Source of the DNA: Camelus ferus
Taxonomy: Eukaryota
Direction: 5' to 3'
Assembly (NCBI RefSeq): GCF_009834535.1
Contig: NC_045697.1
Location: forward strand, 42,534,001-42,598,000
Length of the DNA stretch: 64,000 bases
Shown piece by piece: positions 13,601-28,154 of this stretch. Positions within the stretch are counted from its first letter, which is position 1, and each line of letters begins with the position of its first letter. A program made the translations under genes and the position numbers. The notes below the pieces were generated by a model. The model was not told the origin of the DNA, made no database searches, and saw only the letters and a list, made by a program, of their open reading frames with translations.

Positions 13601-14303
13601 AGAACTTGTCTTAAGTGTAATAAATAAAAATATGATTTCAAGCATAAGGTATGTGATATTTAGAAATAATTCCATTACTATTTAATCAAGTCAGAATATT
13701 TGCCACTTAAAATGATACATAAAACGCTTATAATGAGTAGTATTTTCTCCTTTTTACTATGGCTCTATTTAAACTACCAGTGTTTTCTCTGTGTCTACCT
13801 CCATGGCAACATTCAGTATCTGGTTCTCAGTGAATGTTAAATGAATGGGAATTTGTATTTTTGTTTCAAGGTGCTAATTGTCCAATTATCTTCCTAAATT
13901 TTATAAAACCCATCTTTTGTCTGATTTAGAGAAAGTGGTCTGCTGCTTGTTGAAGAACATATTATATTTCACTGTAAACTAAAATAATCTGTTCTTAAAG
14001 CCTTTTTGTAAACCATCATTTCCCTAATTTTCGATGCCTCTTAATGGTATTTCTGATAGAGAATGCTCAACTGGATATAAATATTTAACTTTTGTTCAAT
14101 CTCAGAATAGGCTGGGTTAGTAACTGACATATTAAATTGGCTATGAAAAAACTTGACTAGTTCATCGTATAGCCATCTTGGCTTCAGGTTTTCTTAGTAA
14201 GCCATAACTTGTGAGATACAAATTTTTCAGTTTTTACTGATGAGAGAAAATACCTCTCCTGTAATATTTCTATACTCACTTGTATTTTCTTTTTATAACT
14301 ACC

Positions 14304-14386
14304 GTTAGGTTTAACCTTATAAAATTGCTGATACTCTCCCCTTTCTGACCTAACAAAAATGACATTTCATTTGACTCAACCTAATA
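14304..14386. mobile_element. Mariner-derived MITE, MADE2-like
   Basis: About 80-bp imperfect palindrome ttaggtttaaccttataaaattgc...catttcatttgactcaacctaata. Confidence 0.75.
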
Positions 14387-15804
14387 GAAAGCAAGATTTT
14401 TTTTCCTAAAAGTCTGACACACTTTGTGGTTTTACTTGATTTCAGCAATTTGTGACTTTCATTCAGTATTACATAATAAACTTTTTCATCTTTGAATGCC
14501 AATAATACACACCTTCAGGGGCCTTTGAGACCTATAGGTGATTGGTTAGAAGCTCTTTGTTAAACTTCTAATGATCTGGCACCACGAAAAAAGCTTTACA
14601 TGTGTTATCTCTGATCCTAACAAGAGGCCTGGAAGAGGAATTAATATAAATGGCAGAGCCAGGATTTGAATTCTTTCCAATGACTTAATCTTGGAAGTTA
14701 CATGATGTTACTCCCAACATCCTATTTTTTAGAAGTGCGTCCCATTCAGGAGGAAGGGAGATACACTCCTCTTTTGGAAGATATCTAAGAATTCATTGAC
14801 ATTTTAAAGTCATCACAAAAAGCTAGAGACTTTTGGGTGTGTTTTCTGTCATGATTAAAGATTTATTTTGCCCTTTAAAAAGTTTTTTTCCCTTTGATGT
14901 CTATGTAAGTGATTTATGATTGCTTAGTGTTGTTCCTGAGTTCTTTGTCTTCTAGATTTTAACTTGAGACATGGTTGACTAGTTATACACAATGGAATCA
15001 ATTAGTCTGAATGTTCTTACTGGTACAGGGATCTTAATCTTCCAGTTTTTTGTGTTTGGTTTTTTTAAACTATTTTATTGGACTTAAAAAATATATAACT
15101 AATTTGTAGATTGTTTTTATAGTTGAGCTTGTGAAGGAACTAATTACCATACCTCTTGTTTTCCCTAAAAATTATTTTGTGTTCCCCAGATTTATCTTTT
15201 GATTAAATCTGGGTGGCAGTTCGTTTAGACACTGCTCCTGGGCAGTCTGCAGTTCTGGCTGCCTGAAAGGAAATCAGAGACCTTGTACAGATCTACAGCG
15301 TATGTGGTGGAATCTTTTGGGGTGTGTGTGGAATAAGATGCCAGATTTTCTAGACTGGAGATGTTATAGAGCTTTGACAGCAGAGAGAGAGAACTTGAGT
15401 GTGGAAAAAGGGCTGACAGCTATGATATAAACCTGACCTTTATATTTATGGCTAATCTGAAGAGCAGAATGGGGATATTCTGAGATAACTTGAATTGCAG
15501 TATTTCTTCATGTGGTATGTCATATTTGACAGGGGAAATACTCCATTGAGGGTTTTATGTTCACCTTCAGATATCATCTGTGAAACTATGTGCACAAAAA
15601 TCACAGAGAAATACTCTCTGTGATTTAATGCCTTATAGTGAATCAATGATAAAAACCAGGAATAAAACTCAAAGAGTGTAGTGACCTAGACCACACTTTC
15701 TGATCTGATCTTCTTTGGCAAACTCTCATTCTTGGGCCTGAATTTTTAGAGTTTCCTTATTAGTTTACTGTTTTTCTTTAACCTGCCATACTGTTTTATA
15801 AAAT

Positions 15805-16570
15805 TTTTATTTTTTAATTGTTACACAATAACATTTATTTTTCTTTGGTGTACAGCTCTATATGAACTTTGATAGATATACAGATTGGTGTAACCACTAC
15901 CACAGTATGGACAGAGAACCGTTTCATCACCCCTAAAACTTCCTTGTCCTATTCTTTTATACACTTTCTCTTCACCTCTAGCCCCTGGCAACCACTGATC
16001 TGTCTTCATCAATAGTTTTCTCTTTTTAAGAATGTCACATAAATGGAATCATACAGTGTATATAACCTTTTTGAGACTGTTCTTTCATTCAGGATAATGC
16101 CTTTGAGAAACATTCAAGTTACTGTACGTATCGAGCATTTATTTACTTGTACTGTTACTTGTGGGTGCTATAGTTTGTATATCCATCAACTCGTTATAGG
16201 ACATTTGGGTTGTTTCCATTTTTTGGCCATGATTAACAGAGCCACTGTAAACTTCTGTGTATAGGTTTTATGTGATCGTAAGTTACCATTTTCCTAATGC
16301 ACAGATCAGCAGACTTTTTTTTGCAAAGCTCTAGATAGGCTTTATTTTAGGCCTTATGGTCTCGGTTGCAGCTACTCTTCATCTTGTAGGATGAAAACAG
16401 CTGTACACAATACATAAATGAATGGATGTGGCTGTATTTCAAAAAGACTTACTTATGAAACAGGTATGGCACAGAGCCATCATTTTCCAGCCCCAGTTCT
16501 ATGGTAAATGTCTAAGAATGGGATTGCCAGGTTCATGATAAATACATTTAACTTGATAAGAAACTTCCAG
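15805..16570 (-). mobile_element. Old L1 3' fragment interrupted by a MER58A-like MITE (about 16301-16496)
   Basis: cccctggcaaccactgatctg...aatggaatcatacagt...ggacatttgggttgtttcc; inner element atcagcagactttt...ggtctcggttgcagctactc. Confidence 0.75.
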
Positions 16571-18069
16571 TTTACTGATTTTTGAATAGTTTAATAATAC
16601 TTGAATTATGGAATGTTAATGAACTCAGACCTTACAGTTCACACATTAGGCCTGCATAATTGATGGTAATATAGGCTTTGCTCTAGTCTTCTTACCTTGA
16701 GGGTCTGTTTTACTTGTATTCATATTTTTCTGCTTCTATTCATACTCATGTGAGGTCTTGTGCTTGGATGGATCTTTTCTTACCAGACAAAGGACATACC
16801 CTAATTCATTAATTTTTACTTGACTTACTTAAGATTTGATGGGACATTTTAGGGATTTTGTCTTTTTCAGGGGTGTATTAAGAGCAAAGAATCACAATGA
16901 GAGCTGCTAGAGTTTTTAGTCGAACAGTTAATTTTATCCTAGAAATTGAGTGTGACTGGATAGGCAGCTTTCACACCATGACATATAGTCTCCTCAGAAG
17001 TGTGTGTTTGTTCATTTTCTCAATATCAGACCCAGACTGTCTATCCATAATGGGATCTGGGAGATTGTTGACTTTATTTTGTGTAAGTTCCTGAACACAA
17101 ATTAGGTATTAAATCTTAGGTTTATGCTCACGGCTTTGGAATTCTTCTGAGAATTAGCATTCTACAGTTGCTGTTGGAAAGCTATTGTTTCTGTTTGTTT
17201 TGTCTGTGGGGTGCAGAATTAGCTTTCCATGTACTAGTATTTTGTTGTGATTTCCATTGCTACAGAAGCAGGGGTTTGGGGTTAAAAGGAAGGCAAAGAA
17301 TCTTAGTAATACCACTAGCTAATGAATTGGAGATGGTGAATAAAGTAAAGGAAGTATATCTTTCTGGTTATGGTTTATGATTAGTTATGTTCTTCTGAAA
17401 AAAGCAGTGAAGCCCCAGGACCACGGCAACATCAAGGAGGTGGAAGAACATTTTGTACTAATTGTAGTCTCATTTGTCTTGATGCAGTAGTTGAAAGGTT
17501 GTATCTGTGAGTGGAAATGTATATATTACATACTAACTATTATAAAATACGGCTAGTGGCTGCCATATTGGATATCACAGGCTTAAGCTTTTCCACGTAT
17601 AGGTTAGAATCCCTATAAAAGAGGTCTTGCATATGTCACTTCTTGGGAGTTTAATTTGTTCACTTTGCTTCTGATTTTTTGTAGTTAAGCAGTTGTCAGT
17701 GTATCTGGCTGTTCACTTATTAAATTTTAATACAACTTTGGCTGTCTCTAAGTATGTAACTTCTTTGTAAATCAGGGAGATTTAAAGCATTTCCATCAGT
17801 TGATCCTGTTTCTTCCATAATGCAGCTGCTAGAGCAGGTTTTTCCTGGGCTGTTAGGCTGGTCCAGAGAACGTGAGGTGAAGCTGCACCACGTGCTGCTT
17901 TGTGAGAAGTCTGTGTCACTTTGTCCTGTGTTAGGAACACCCTGATGATTTAGAGCCACCTTTGCCAGAGAATTTTAAAAGTACATTTTCCACAATTGAA
18001 CATTATTTTAGTAACTAGATTAAAAGGTTAAGGGTTCCTTCCATAAAATCTGATCTTACGTTTCTATGG

Positions 18070-18240
18070 CAATGGTTCTCAACCTTGTGTGCATGTTAGA
18101 GTAATGGGGGAACCTGTGAAAGCAATGCCTGGGCTCCAGCCCCAGAGATTTTGATTTGAATGGGGAGGGTCCTGGGCATCAGAATCTTTTTTCAGGGCCC
18201 CTAGTTGATTCCGATGCCCAGGCGGGGTTGAAAATCCCTC
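18070..18240. mobile_element. hAT-Charlie MITE, MER5-type
   Basis: caatggttctcaacctt...cccagagattttgatt...cctgggcatc...gggttgaaaatcc. Confidence 0.8.
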
Positions 18241-20904
18241 ATATGTGGGATAATTAGTGGGCTAGCCATGTTGAGTAAAAGATTCTGAATTAGAGACTAA
18301 TTCACAATAGCCCCACCCACTTGTAGTTGGAGCCTAGGTTTCAAGTCTTGAGTAAAATACCATCAGAGGAATGGGCCCTATTGTGCTCACACATTCAGAG
18401 CCTGTTAGCCAAGGAGTCCCCTCAAGGTCAGTGTATGGGCAGAGAAATTAGTGGGGTTTTGTTTTTAATCTTTTGTACCATTAAGTTGATTGGTAAATTA
18501 AGATTGCAAATTACTTGTAAATAGAAGTGCTTTTTTTAATTGACTAAATTTTTAGTGCTGCCATTGTAAATTTGGTGCATATAATACCATATTTAGGAAA
18601 TACAAATGTAGTTTCTCATATTACTTATTTTAGTAGGCTGTTTAAGGGAGCATGCATATTATATGTACATCTTTGTGCTTATACACATATAACAGCCTTG
18701 CAAAGATATTCCAGAGATTAGTAATAATGACTGATCTGGGGAGGCTAACTGGAGCCCAGTGATGAGAGATTTACTTTTACTGTATATTCTTTTTTGCAGT
18801 ATTTTTTTTAACTCCACACATATATTACATTTCAAAAACTTTTTCAATAGCTAAAAATGCTTTTTTAAAAAAAGTTTGCAAATATGCTTATAATTTTTTC
18901 TATTTGGAAAATAGAAAATGACATCACAATCATATTTCCGCTTATTAATTGGTAATTAGTTTTGTTTTGAATGTGTTACTTAGGCATGTATATCTGCTTT
19001 TTCTTCTCCTGAGCCCCAGTCCTGGGTTTTTATTTTGCTTTATGTTTTCTTACTGCTCTTTTTATTTCACCATTGCCAAATTTTTTTCTTTTCCTCTTTC
19101 CTATTAATTCTTATTTGTTTACTCTATTTCCTAACTTAGTTGATGACACTACTATTCTTCCAGTCCCTCAGGGTAGAAATCTTAGTCTTTTTCATCTGTC
19201 CCCATTGATCCTGAAAGATATCTCATTCCAAATTGTTAATACTTATTGGTGACATTTTCCCACACCATTGCTCTGCACCCCTACCTCCATTGGCACTGCC
19301 TTTAATACTGAGGGATCTTTAAAATACCTATTTCACACTTCACCCTGTGTTTAGAAATATTTTCTCAACATACATTGCTCTCCTGCTTAATAGGCATTTA
19401 TTATTTTCCTATTATGGAAAGCCTTTTATGATCTGCCCGTGGCTGCCTATTCTATCCAAACCTCATCTCCAGCTTTTCCCCACGTTCACCCTGTACTGTG
19501 GCTCTGCTAAACTCTTAAGATACAGCAGCATGTTTGTGCCTTCTCTTCAATAAACATATGATCTGTTTGCTAGAAATAAGGTTGGACCTATTTGTCAGCT
19601 GAATGAACTATTCAGTTTCTAAGACTGAGCTCAGATGTCATCTTCTCTACTGATTGTTAAATCTTTTGTGTTCTCATAGCAGCTTGTTTATTTATTGTTT
19701 ATTATAGCACTTATCACATTATTTCTATAATGTGTTTTAGCTTAACTGTGAGGACCTGGAGGGTAGAACATGATCTATTTATCTTTCTATTATAACACCT
19801 AGCAGAGCCCGTGGATATAAGGAGTATAGAAATGACCAAGGAAATAAAAGTTAATGCATGCAAAATTTTGTACAGTTTATAACCACTTGAACTCACTAAT
19901 TCAGTGTTTTTGATAATTTAGTAAGAGCTAAACTAAACTTTACATTTATGAAGAGAGGATTTTATTTACTAAGTTGTATAATTGAGATTGAGGAAAATGT
20001 TTACTTGTTTAAAAAAGCTGACACTTTTAAAGTATCTTTATGTGATTCAGAATACTTTTTATGCTAATCATTTTATGGTAGGTATAAGACGTTTTGACTG
20101 TTATTTAAAGAAGAAGCCAAGGTAAGCCTTTATAACTAGGGCTTGTGGTCCTGAAAGTAATAATGCTGTATTTACTTAACATATTCTGTTGTTTTGACAT
20201 TTACTTACTCTTTTCACTGCATAGTCATTTGGGTATTGATACCTATTTATTTGCCTTTTGTCATTTCTTAGCTTGAATATAAGTATTATAGTAGAAATTT
20301 GCTGTAATTTCCCGTTTTATATTCCTTTTAGCTACTTTAATTTACATTTAAAATTGATTCTGTGCTTTTTCTTGAACAAGAGTTACCAGTTTATAGATCT
20401 CCATGGTTTACAATTTCTCAGATTTTCAAATAGGAAAATCTATTGATTGAAACAGAAAACGTAGGGATTGAGAAGTTTAAGATCTACCCATGTATAGATG
20501 TCTAAATTTATCTACAGTAGATAAGGTAAAGGATTTCCATTTAAAGATAATTGAGTAAAAGCATTTGTATACTGTTCTCCTTCCTAATGCTAACGGAACA
20601 TAACTGAAAGAATAAAGTATAGGGAAGAAATCTTTTCACATTAGTGAAATGAGAAGAAAGCCACAATCCCAAGTCACAGACTGCAAGAAGTGCTGTAAAC
20701 TTTAGCAAGTGTGCAGAAATGTTAAACATGGCGCAGAGCTCTCCCAAAGTAAGTCACATAGGGACGACAGAGGGGTAGGCCAGGTGAGGCTTTCTAGGTG
20801 GACAGCAATGGGAAGACCAGCAGAGTGGAGGAGGTAGTGTACAGAGCTGTCGCCTTGGTATCAGTTGATTCAAAGCAACTGAAGAGAAGTAAACACTGAA
20901 GCAC

Positions 20905-21352
20905 AATGCAGACAATCAGCAGCTTAGCACTTCCCCCTCTCTCTCTGCTTCAGCCTCGCTGGCATCCTTACAATTCTCCAACCATGCTAAGCACGTTCTT
21001 ACCTCCAGCCTTTGATTTTGCTTGTCCCTCAGCCTGGAAAATTCTTCCCCGAGAAATTCTTACAGATTACTCCCCCATTCATTCAAGTTTCTGTTCTGGT
21101 GTTAACTCCTTAGAAAAGCATTCCTTGACTGTGCAGACTGAAACAGCAACCCTGGGAAAGTTCTGTTTTCAAAGCTTACTTAATTTTTCTTCATAGCCAT
21201 CACCACCAGACTTATATATTGACTTAATTTTTTTCTCTCCGCCAGAGTTTGAACTCCCAAAAGACACATACTTATTAGTAGACTTATATTCCCCCTCTAT
21301 GTTCCAAACACCAGAAGCACTGCCTGGCACATAGTGGTTGCTTAATAAATGA
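20905..21352 (+). mobile_element. L2 LINE 3' fragment
   Basis: cctcagcctggaaaattcttccc...cactgcctggcacatagtggttgcttaataaatg. Confidence 0.75.
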
Positions 21353-21764
21353 ACACACAGGTCTTCCAGTAGGCAACAGTGCACAGACTGGGGGATCCAT
21401 GCTGAGAGGCTTAAGGGGCATTATCAGCCAATAGCAATAATTAGTCCTTATTTTGATCCTGCTTCGTATAAAATAACCAGAAAAATAACAACATAAAATA
21501 ATTGAACTTTTGAACACTGAAATTTGATATTAAAGAATAGATAGCAGCACTGTGCATCAGTCAGAAGTTAGTTGCAGCGAACAGAATCCTTTCTAGCCAG
21601 TTTAAGCAGGAAGACACTTACCACAGAGTAATGGCTCATGGAGGGATAGAAATGACTGAAGAAACAGATTTTAGGCTCATGGTTGACCTTTTACAAACAT
21701 CTCCCAGTGCTGTCCCACAGAGCTGGGCCACCAAGGAAGCTGCCGCTTTCTCTGGATCAGGGTA

Positions 21765-22866
21765 TAGCTTGTATAGCAAGCTGTGGCCAACAGGCAAAAT
21801 CTGGCTGAAATGATTTGTGTATCCCTCCAGTTAAGAAGATTTTTGCATTTTTTAAATGGTTGAAAAAACCAAAAGAAGAGTAATGGGATTTTTAAAAAAG
21901 TATTGAGGTGTAATTGACATTTAACATTATATTAGTTTCAGGTGTACAGCATAATGATTCAATATTTGTGTGTATTACAAAATGATCATCACAGTAAGTC
22001 TGGTTAACATCTGTCACCATACATAGTTACGGTTTTTTATCCTTGTGATAAGAACTTTAAAGATTTACTCTCTCAGCACTTTCAAATATGTAATACAGTA
22101 GTATTAACTGTACTCGACATGCTGTACATTACTTCCCCAGGACTTGCTCATTTTATAACTGGAAGTTTATACCTTTTGACCCCCTTCACCCATTTGCCCA
22201 CTCCCCAGCCCCCACCTCTGGCAACCACCAGTCTGTTTTCTGTACCTATGAGCTTGATTTTTTTTCAGATTCTACATGTAAGTGAGATTATATGATATTT
22301 ATCTTTCTGTCTGACTTATTTCACTTAGCATATGCCCTAAAGGCTCACTCATGTCACAAATGGCAAGGTTTCTTTCTTTTTTATGGCTGAGTAATATTCC
22401 ACTGTATATATATACACAGTTTTTTCACCCATTCATTTGTCAGTGGATACTTAAATTGTTTCCATATCTTGATAATTGTACATAATGCTGCAGTGAACGT
22501 GTGGATGCATATATCTTTTTGAGTTAGTGTTTTCATTTTCTTCAGATAAATACACAGGAATGGAATTGCTGGACCATATGGTAGTTCTATTTTTAATTTT
22601 TGGAGGACCCTCCATAGTGTTTTCCATAGGGGCTACATCATTTACAGTCCCACCAACAGCGCACAAGGATTGAGTTATGTTTTGTGGCACCTAAAAATTT
22701 TATGAAATTTAAATTTCAGTATCCATACATAAAGTTTTATTAGAATACAGCCATGCTTTTTAATTTACCTGTTGTTTGTTGTTGCTTTCACACTACAATG
22801 GTAACAGAAACCATATGGTAAAATATTTATTATCTGGCCCTTAAAGAGATAGTTTGCCCACCCTTG
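21765..22866. mobile_element. MER58B-like hAT MITE, split by an L1
   Basis: Left half ...ttttaaatggttgaaaaaaccaaaagaagagtaat; right half tttgtggcacctaaaaattttatgaaatttaaatttcagt...tatctggccc...gtttgcccacccttg. Confidence 0.8.
21886..22671 (-). mobile_element. 5'-truncated L1 3' end
   Basis: ctgacttatttcacttagcat...gaattgctggaccatatggtagttctatttt; ORF 22451..22690 is L1 residue; probable TSD gagtaatg (21878-21885) / gagttatg (22672-22679). Confidence 0.9.
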
Positions 22867-23710
22867 CTCTAGAATACAGTATTGTGGCCAGCCAAATGTA
22901 TGCGTCATGCTCTGCCTCCCAGCAGCCAGGAGGGTAATTACTGGATACTGAAATCTCTGCTAACACTGTAGCTTAAAAATGTAAATGTCAGCGAGAGTGT
23001 GGTTTCTGCTTCACTTCTGCCTTTCAGATCTTGGACAAGTTGGTTTGATTGGCTGAACCTAAATGTAGCAAGAACCTATTTGCATAGGAGTCTGGAAACC
23101 CTGCTCTTTGCTTTACAGCCTCTATACTGTAAACACTCTGCCTAATTCAGTTCTTACTGCCTTTGCAGAAGTTACCTCTTAGCTTCAATTCTTCTTCAGT
23201 AAAAGCAGACTAATAGATTTCATCCTCTATTTTTCTGTGTATGTAATACTGAGCCATACTTAATGCAGAAGGTCTGTGATGTTCAACACTGTCTATAATT
23301 TATTGCTTTCTTAGACACAGGACTGTAGAAATTTTAGTATTGATATTATATACATTTATATTTTATGAGGAACACATGTATAAGCTTTAAGCAAAATATT
23401 CATATCAGGTAATGAAAAATTACTCTTAGCAACCTCACAAGTAATAGACTTTGCCTTTAAAGTAGCTAAATCAGGCCAATCAGATAAGGATTCAGGGAAG
23501 CATTTCCTGTGAGGATATTCTGGTGAAAGAATATTTTTAATTCATATTCTTAGTCATAGTATTCTAGCTCTTTGAGGTTAAATCTAAATATTCTCAAGCC
23601 TAGGCCTTGGGAAAAAGATAAATAAAAGCACAAGAGTATAAAGAGAAAAAGAAGAGGCATATGAACTAAATAAAACGTAAGCTTCTGAAGTGCTAGTGAG
23701 GCCTGAGCAT

Positions 23711-23920
23711 GGTGGTGTGCTGATGAATGTTTAACAGCCGACTATTCGGGGGCTGGGGGACCAAAACCAAGGGCCCCCTATTTTTGGTATTTGTTGATTT
23801 CTTTGGTATAAATGGTCTCACCATGGCTGGTTTCAGGCTGTTAATGGTCTGACATCTGGCTCTCTGCAAGTTCTGAAAATTGAGCCACTGTGCTGGTGTG
23901 GACTGGATCCACCCCACTCC
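23711..23920. mobile_element. hAT-Blackjack MITE, MER63-like
   Basis: ggtggtgtgctgatgaatgtttaacagccg...catggctggtttcaggct...ccaccccact. Confidence 0.65.
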
Positions 23921-26439
23921 TTAGCTGAGCCTGAGAACAAGGTAAGGAACCCTAGACGAGGCAGGAAGAGTGGGCGTTTCCGTTTACAGTGAATATGCAG
24001 GAAAAGACTCCATGAAATCCGAACTTCCCTTTAAGTCAAAAGTGATCACTTCATAAAAATAATATAAAAGTACATTTTATTTAATTTATATTTTATTCAC
24101 AGAGTAATAAGATGAATAGTTTCTGTTGATGTTGTAGTCAGTTTTTCCTAAGATTATTATCTCATTATTTTTCTTTAATGGAAAATTTGCTTGGAACATG
24201 TTAAATTGCATAATACATTATTGTCTTTAATTGCTAGTAATACTTTTATTTGTAATTTACTTTGATAAATTCTGCCAGGAAATTATTTCCTTAGCATTCT
24301 GAATATTATTCCTTACTTGGGGTTATGTGGTTGAGTGTATGGTGTGAGGATTGGGAAAGACTTGAGCTAAAGAGAACAGGAAACTCAAAGATAAAGAAAG
24401 TATAGTTTGGTGTATCTAACATTTCCCTTATCTATCGGACGTGTCTTAAGGTACTAAGAATTCTCAGCCTAGATATTACACACATGAATTGTATTTCTTG
24501 CTGCCAGTCTGGTTACACCCTTGGTGGAATATACACAGAGTAAACATGAGTTTTATGTTCTTTTTTTTTTTTTTTTAACTTCTTAGGAACAAAAATACTT
24601 GGGATAATTTTGTCCAAATGTTTTTAGAGAAGAACAAATAGTACTGTCATTGCTAGAAATAGCTAGAAAATAAAAACACAGTTGCTTTCATAAACAAAAT
24701 TATTTCATAAAGACAAAGAGACAATTTCCATTTAATAAAAATAGCACTGGTCTTGGAGTTATGTGTCTTGAGTTCAAATTTCAGCTAATGCTAATGTTAA
24801 GGGTCTTCTTGGCAAGTTGCTTTAACCTCTCTGAACTTCAGTTTCATCTGTAAAGTAGGCATTGTACCACTTATGGTAGGAAATGAACGAATACATTTCT
24901 GTGAAAATACCTAGCATTGTATGTGGCCGTGGATCCTGACTATTTCCTAGACAAAACCTGACACAGAGGCTGGAAACAAGAGTTCCTTAGGGATTAACTC
25001 CAGCCCTGGCTGCTAATTGCTCACGCTTTCCCTTTAGACTCTTAAAGTGATTCAAGGGCAGAATGGCTGGTATTTTTCACTTGGAAAAACTGATTACAAA
25101 TCATGTGTAGAAAAGTTTGCATGTGAAGAATTAACATGCAGAGAACAAAGCTGCAAAAGCCTGATTGACTAGAACAGCCTGTGGATGGGCCAGTGAAGTC
25201 CATTCGGGTTTTGTTTTTTTTTTTTTTGGATCTGTTGTTGAATGTATTTTTAATGTACATAATCTTCTTCGACACTCTTCCTTCCCACAGCCCTGCCACT
25301 CTGCAGCTAGATTAGGTTTCCCCCAGGGTCTTGTGCTTCCCTGGTATAGTATGTAACACTTATATCACACCCAGACTCTAAGCTCCATGAAACCAGATAC
25401 CTTAAAAGAGTTGTTATTTCATAACAAATGGTAAAATGGTAAGTGTCACATGTGCTAGTTGTTGATATTTACCACTATATCCCAGGGGTCTCCCTAGAAC
25501 AACCGTGGCTTACATTTATAATTTACTCTTGATTCAGAATATTATAGTACGAAAGTCATTATCCCGAGCCATAATTTCTTAGAAATGGTGGCAGATTATA
25601 GCCAAATTCTAATAACTACGGAATGCTAATTGAAAGTTGCTCTCTTTTATTAAGCCAAGTCTAGGTTATAATACTACAGAACCATTGTGGTGTTCCCAGT
25701 GTGATTTTCTTTTGATGGAGACCATAGGTAGGCTTGTCTGAGGATTGGAAGAAGCTCAGATTTATTTTATTATTAAAAGCTGCATGATTTATTTTGATAT
25801 AATAACCCAGTTTTATTTCCTTTTTATTCCCCTCTGGTACTGAAAATCTCTGGATCTGAGGGACGTTGACTGGTTTGGCTCTTCCCTCTCTGAGCCAGGT
25901 CTCATTTTCTTATAGTTTATTATACATGGCAAGTTATCATTACTGTCCAAGAGAATTATTCCCTTCTCCCCAAGAGAAGGGAGAAATCTATCTGGACTTT
26001 ATTTTGTTTGTGCTATTCTAATAGTCACAAATGTTTAAAAAAAAAAAAAACTTTCAGCCAAATATTCCTACAGATACAAGTTTTTTTCTTGTTACTTGCA
26101 GAGCAGATAAAGTTTAACTTTAAGGGAATTTTTTAATGTCAGAGGAATAAAAAGGTCAAATTGAGGAATAGCTAGGAATCACTTTAGAAAAAAATACCTA
26201 CTTGTATCTGATTTAAATATGGTTTAATTGAGAGTGCTTTAAAAGATGAAATAGTGGTTATTTAAGTAATTTTAATTGTCTAATGTAATACATAATTCTT
26301 ATAAAACAGTGATTTGTTGGGCCTAGTTTAACTAAATTTAAAAGTATTGCAAAGTAATTATTTCCTTTAAAGAACTGTACAGTTAATGAGGGACCGGCAC
26401 AACCCTTCTGAAGCATTTAGTGTTGTTGTTCTTTAGTGT

Positions 26440-27500
26440 GTGTTCTTGCATAATATTTGTTTTGTGTGCATGTATTTCTAATTTTCAAGAACTGGTATTG
26501 TCTGTTTATTTCATCCTATTTCTTGGTTTCTTTCACTCATCACTGTGTTTTTAAGATGCATCTATATGAAATATATACTTTTAAATGAATGTGAATGTGT
26601 ATCAACCCTGTTTTACTAATTCACTTTCTTAGTGATAGAACCTCCAAATAACCTTCAAGACCCCAGTCACCACAAAAAAAAACAATTCAGTAAACATCCA
26701 TTTACAAGTCCTCACCCCTACGAATTTCTTTGGCTTATCTGCTGAGGAGCCGAACGCAAGGCTGAATAATAATGCACACTGTCCTTTAGATCTTCTACCT
26801 GGCTGTTTTCCCATCAGTCACGTGTGTGGGTCGTGTCCACATCTCCAAGAACACGGGGCATTTTCCAGCTTTCTGCTTGTTGCTAATCTAATAGGGGTAA
26901 AGTGGCATTTCCATATTTTAGTCTACATTTCTTTGATTACTGAGTAAATTAACTGATCTCTTGATATATGTTTGATGGCCTTCTAGTTTTGTTGCTCATA
27001 TCTTTTAAAATCGGGATTGCTGTGTTTTTCTTGCTGATTTGGAAATTTCTTGTAAATTCTAAATTATAAACCTTTTAGTTTTAGACATTTCAGGTATCTT
27101 CTCCCATTGTGTTACCTCAGTTTTTGCTTGATTCACAATGTTCTTTGCTGAGCCAAAATATTTAACTTTGATGTAATCACATTCATTTTATTTTTGCGTA
27201 TGGTGTGCAGCTCTGAATATATGCTTAAGAAATTCTTACCTGATTCCTAAAGGTATCTTCATAGATTTTCCTCTCTTAACTTTATAGTTTTACCCACCTT
27301 TATGTGGCTGAAGGTAGGAGGCTATTTTATAATAAGAGTGAGTCACTTTCCAATATCATCTTATAACAATCACACCCTTTTTGTGACCTTTAATCAAGTG
27401 TTAGGTTCCTACTACATTTAAGGGTCTGTTTCTGAGCTCTCATCTGTGCCCTGGTTTGTTTGATCTTATGTTTATCAGCCCCTGGTTTTATTACAATGAT
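26440..27500 (-). mobile_element. Ancient L1 fragment
   Basis: Degenerate antisense L1 motifs such as tgctaatctaataggggtaaagtggcattt and gggtctgtttctgagctctc. Confidence 0.6.
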
Positions 27501-28014
27501 TTTGTGGAGGGTTATCTTTAAAATTTTAAAATATAGAAGTTAATTTTCAAGTGTCATGACTTTTCAAAAAGTTTCATTGTTACCTCTTATATTCCTTAAA
27601 GACATTTATGTTATGTTTAACACTTAAACTAGTAATCATTATGGTCCTTAAAACATAAGTATTAAAAATTCTTGATCAGTTTCTTTAAATATTATTGTAT
27701 TAGAATTTGAAATCTATTTTAAAAAATGTAATTAGATATAATTGTTCACAGGTCTCTTTTTTTGTCCCACTTTGTTTAAAGTGTTAAATTTTGCTTCTTA
27801 GGGGAAATCTGGATTTGAAATTAAATGAGTTGTTATCTTGTCTGAAGTTTGAGTGTATATTAAATGGTATAAAATTTAATAATTCAGAAATTAAAGGTAA
27901 GTGAAGATTTTTTTAAGCCTGGAATAGTAATAGTCAGTTTCATTTTAGTAATCATTACTTTGAAAAACCAGGCCAAATATTTCAAGTAATCAAAATTGGT
28001 ATAGCTCTCCATAT

Positions 28015-28015
<1 letters not shown>

Positions 28016-28047
<32 letters not shown>

Positions 28048-28154
28048 TAATTAGGTCTACTTATTTATTTATTTTTAGTGGAGGTGCTGGGGATTGAACC
28101 TAGGACCTCTTGCAGCTAAGCATGTGCTATACCACTGAGCTGTACCCTCCCCAC
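28016..28154 (-). mobile_element. Camelid tRNA-derived SINE (Vic-1 type) with (CA)n tail
   Basis: Minus strand GGGGAGGGTACAGCTCAGTGGTATAGCACATGCTTAGC...GGTTCAATCCCCAGCACCTCC with Pol III A and B boxes; perfect 14-bp TSD tagctctccatatt (28002-28015 / 28155-28168). Confidence 0.9.

Larger units (their letters stand above)
21552..23130 (-). mobile_element. ERVL-class LTR (LTR33-like), split by nested insertions
   Basis: Left part catcagtcagaagttagttgcagcgaacagaatcc...tttaagcagg; right part gattggctgaaccta...ggagtctgg...cagcctct. Confidence 0.55.

Noticed and set aside
20082..20121. Other candidate UTR exons (AAG|gtaagc at 20122; also 15190-15299 and the acceptor at 16871)
   Set aside because: Each has one weak or missing partner site and no independent support; cannot be excluded without transcripts.
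26817..26824. CLEAR-like GTCACGTG motif in an autophagy gene
   Set aside because: Single partial match inside an old L1, deep in an intron; expected by chance.
28075..28154. tRNA gene (also near 36140-36215 and 55495-55570)
   Set aside because: tRNA-like heads belong to SINEs with tails and TSDs and differ from each other.
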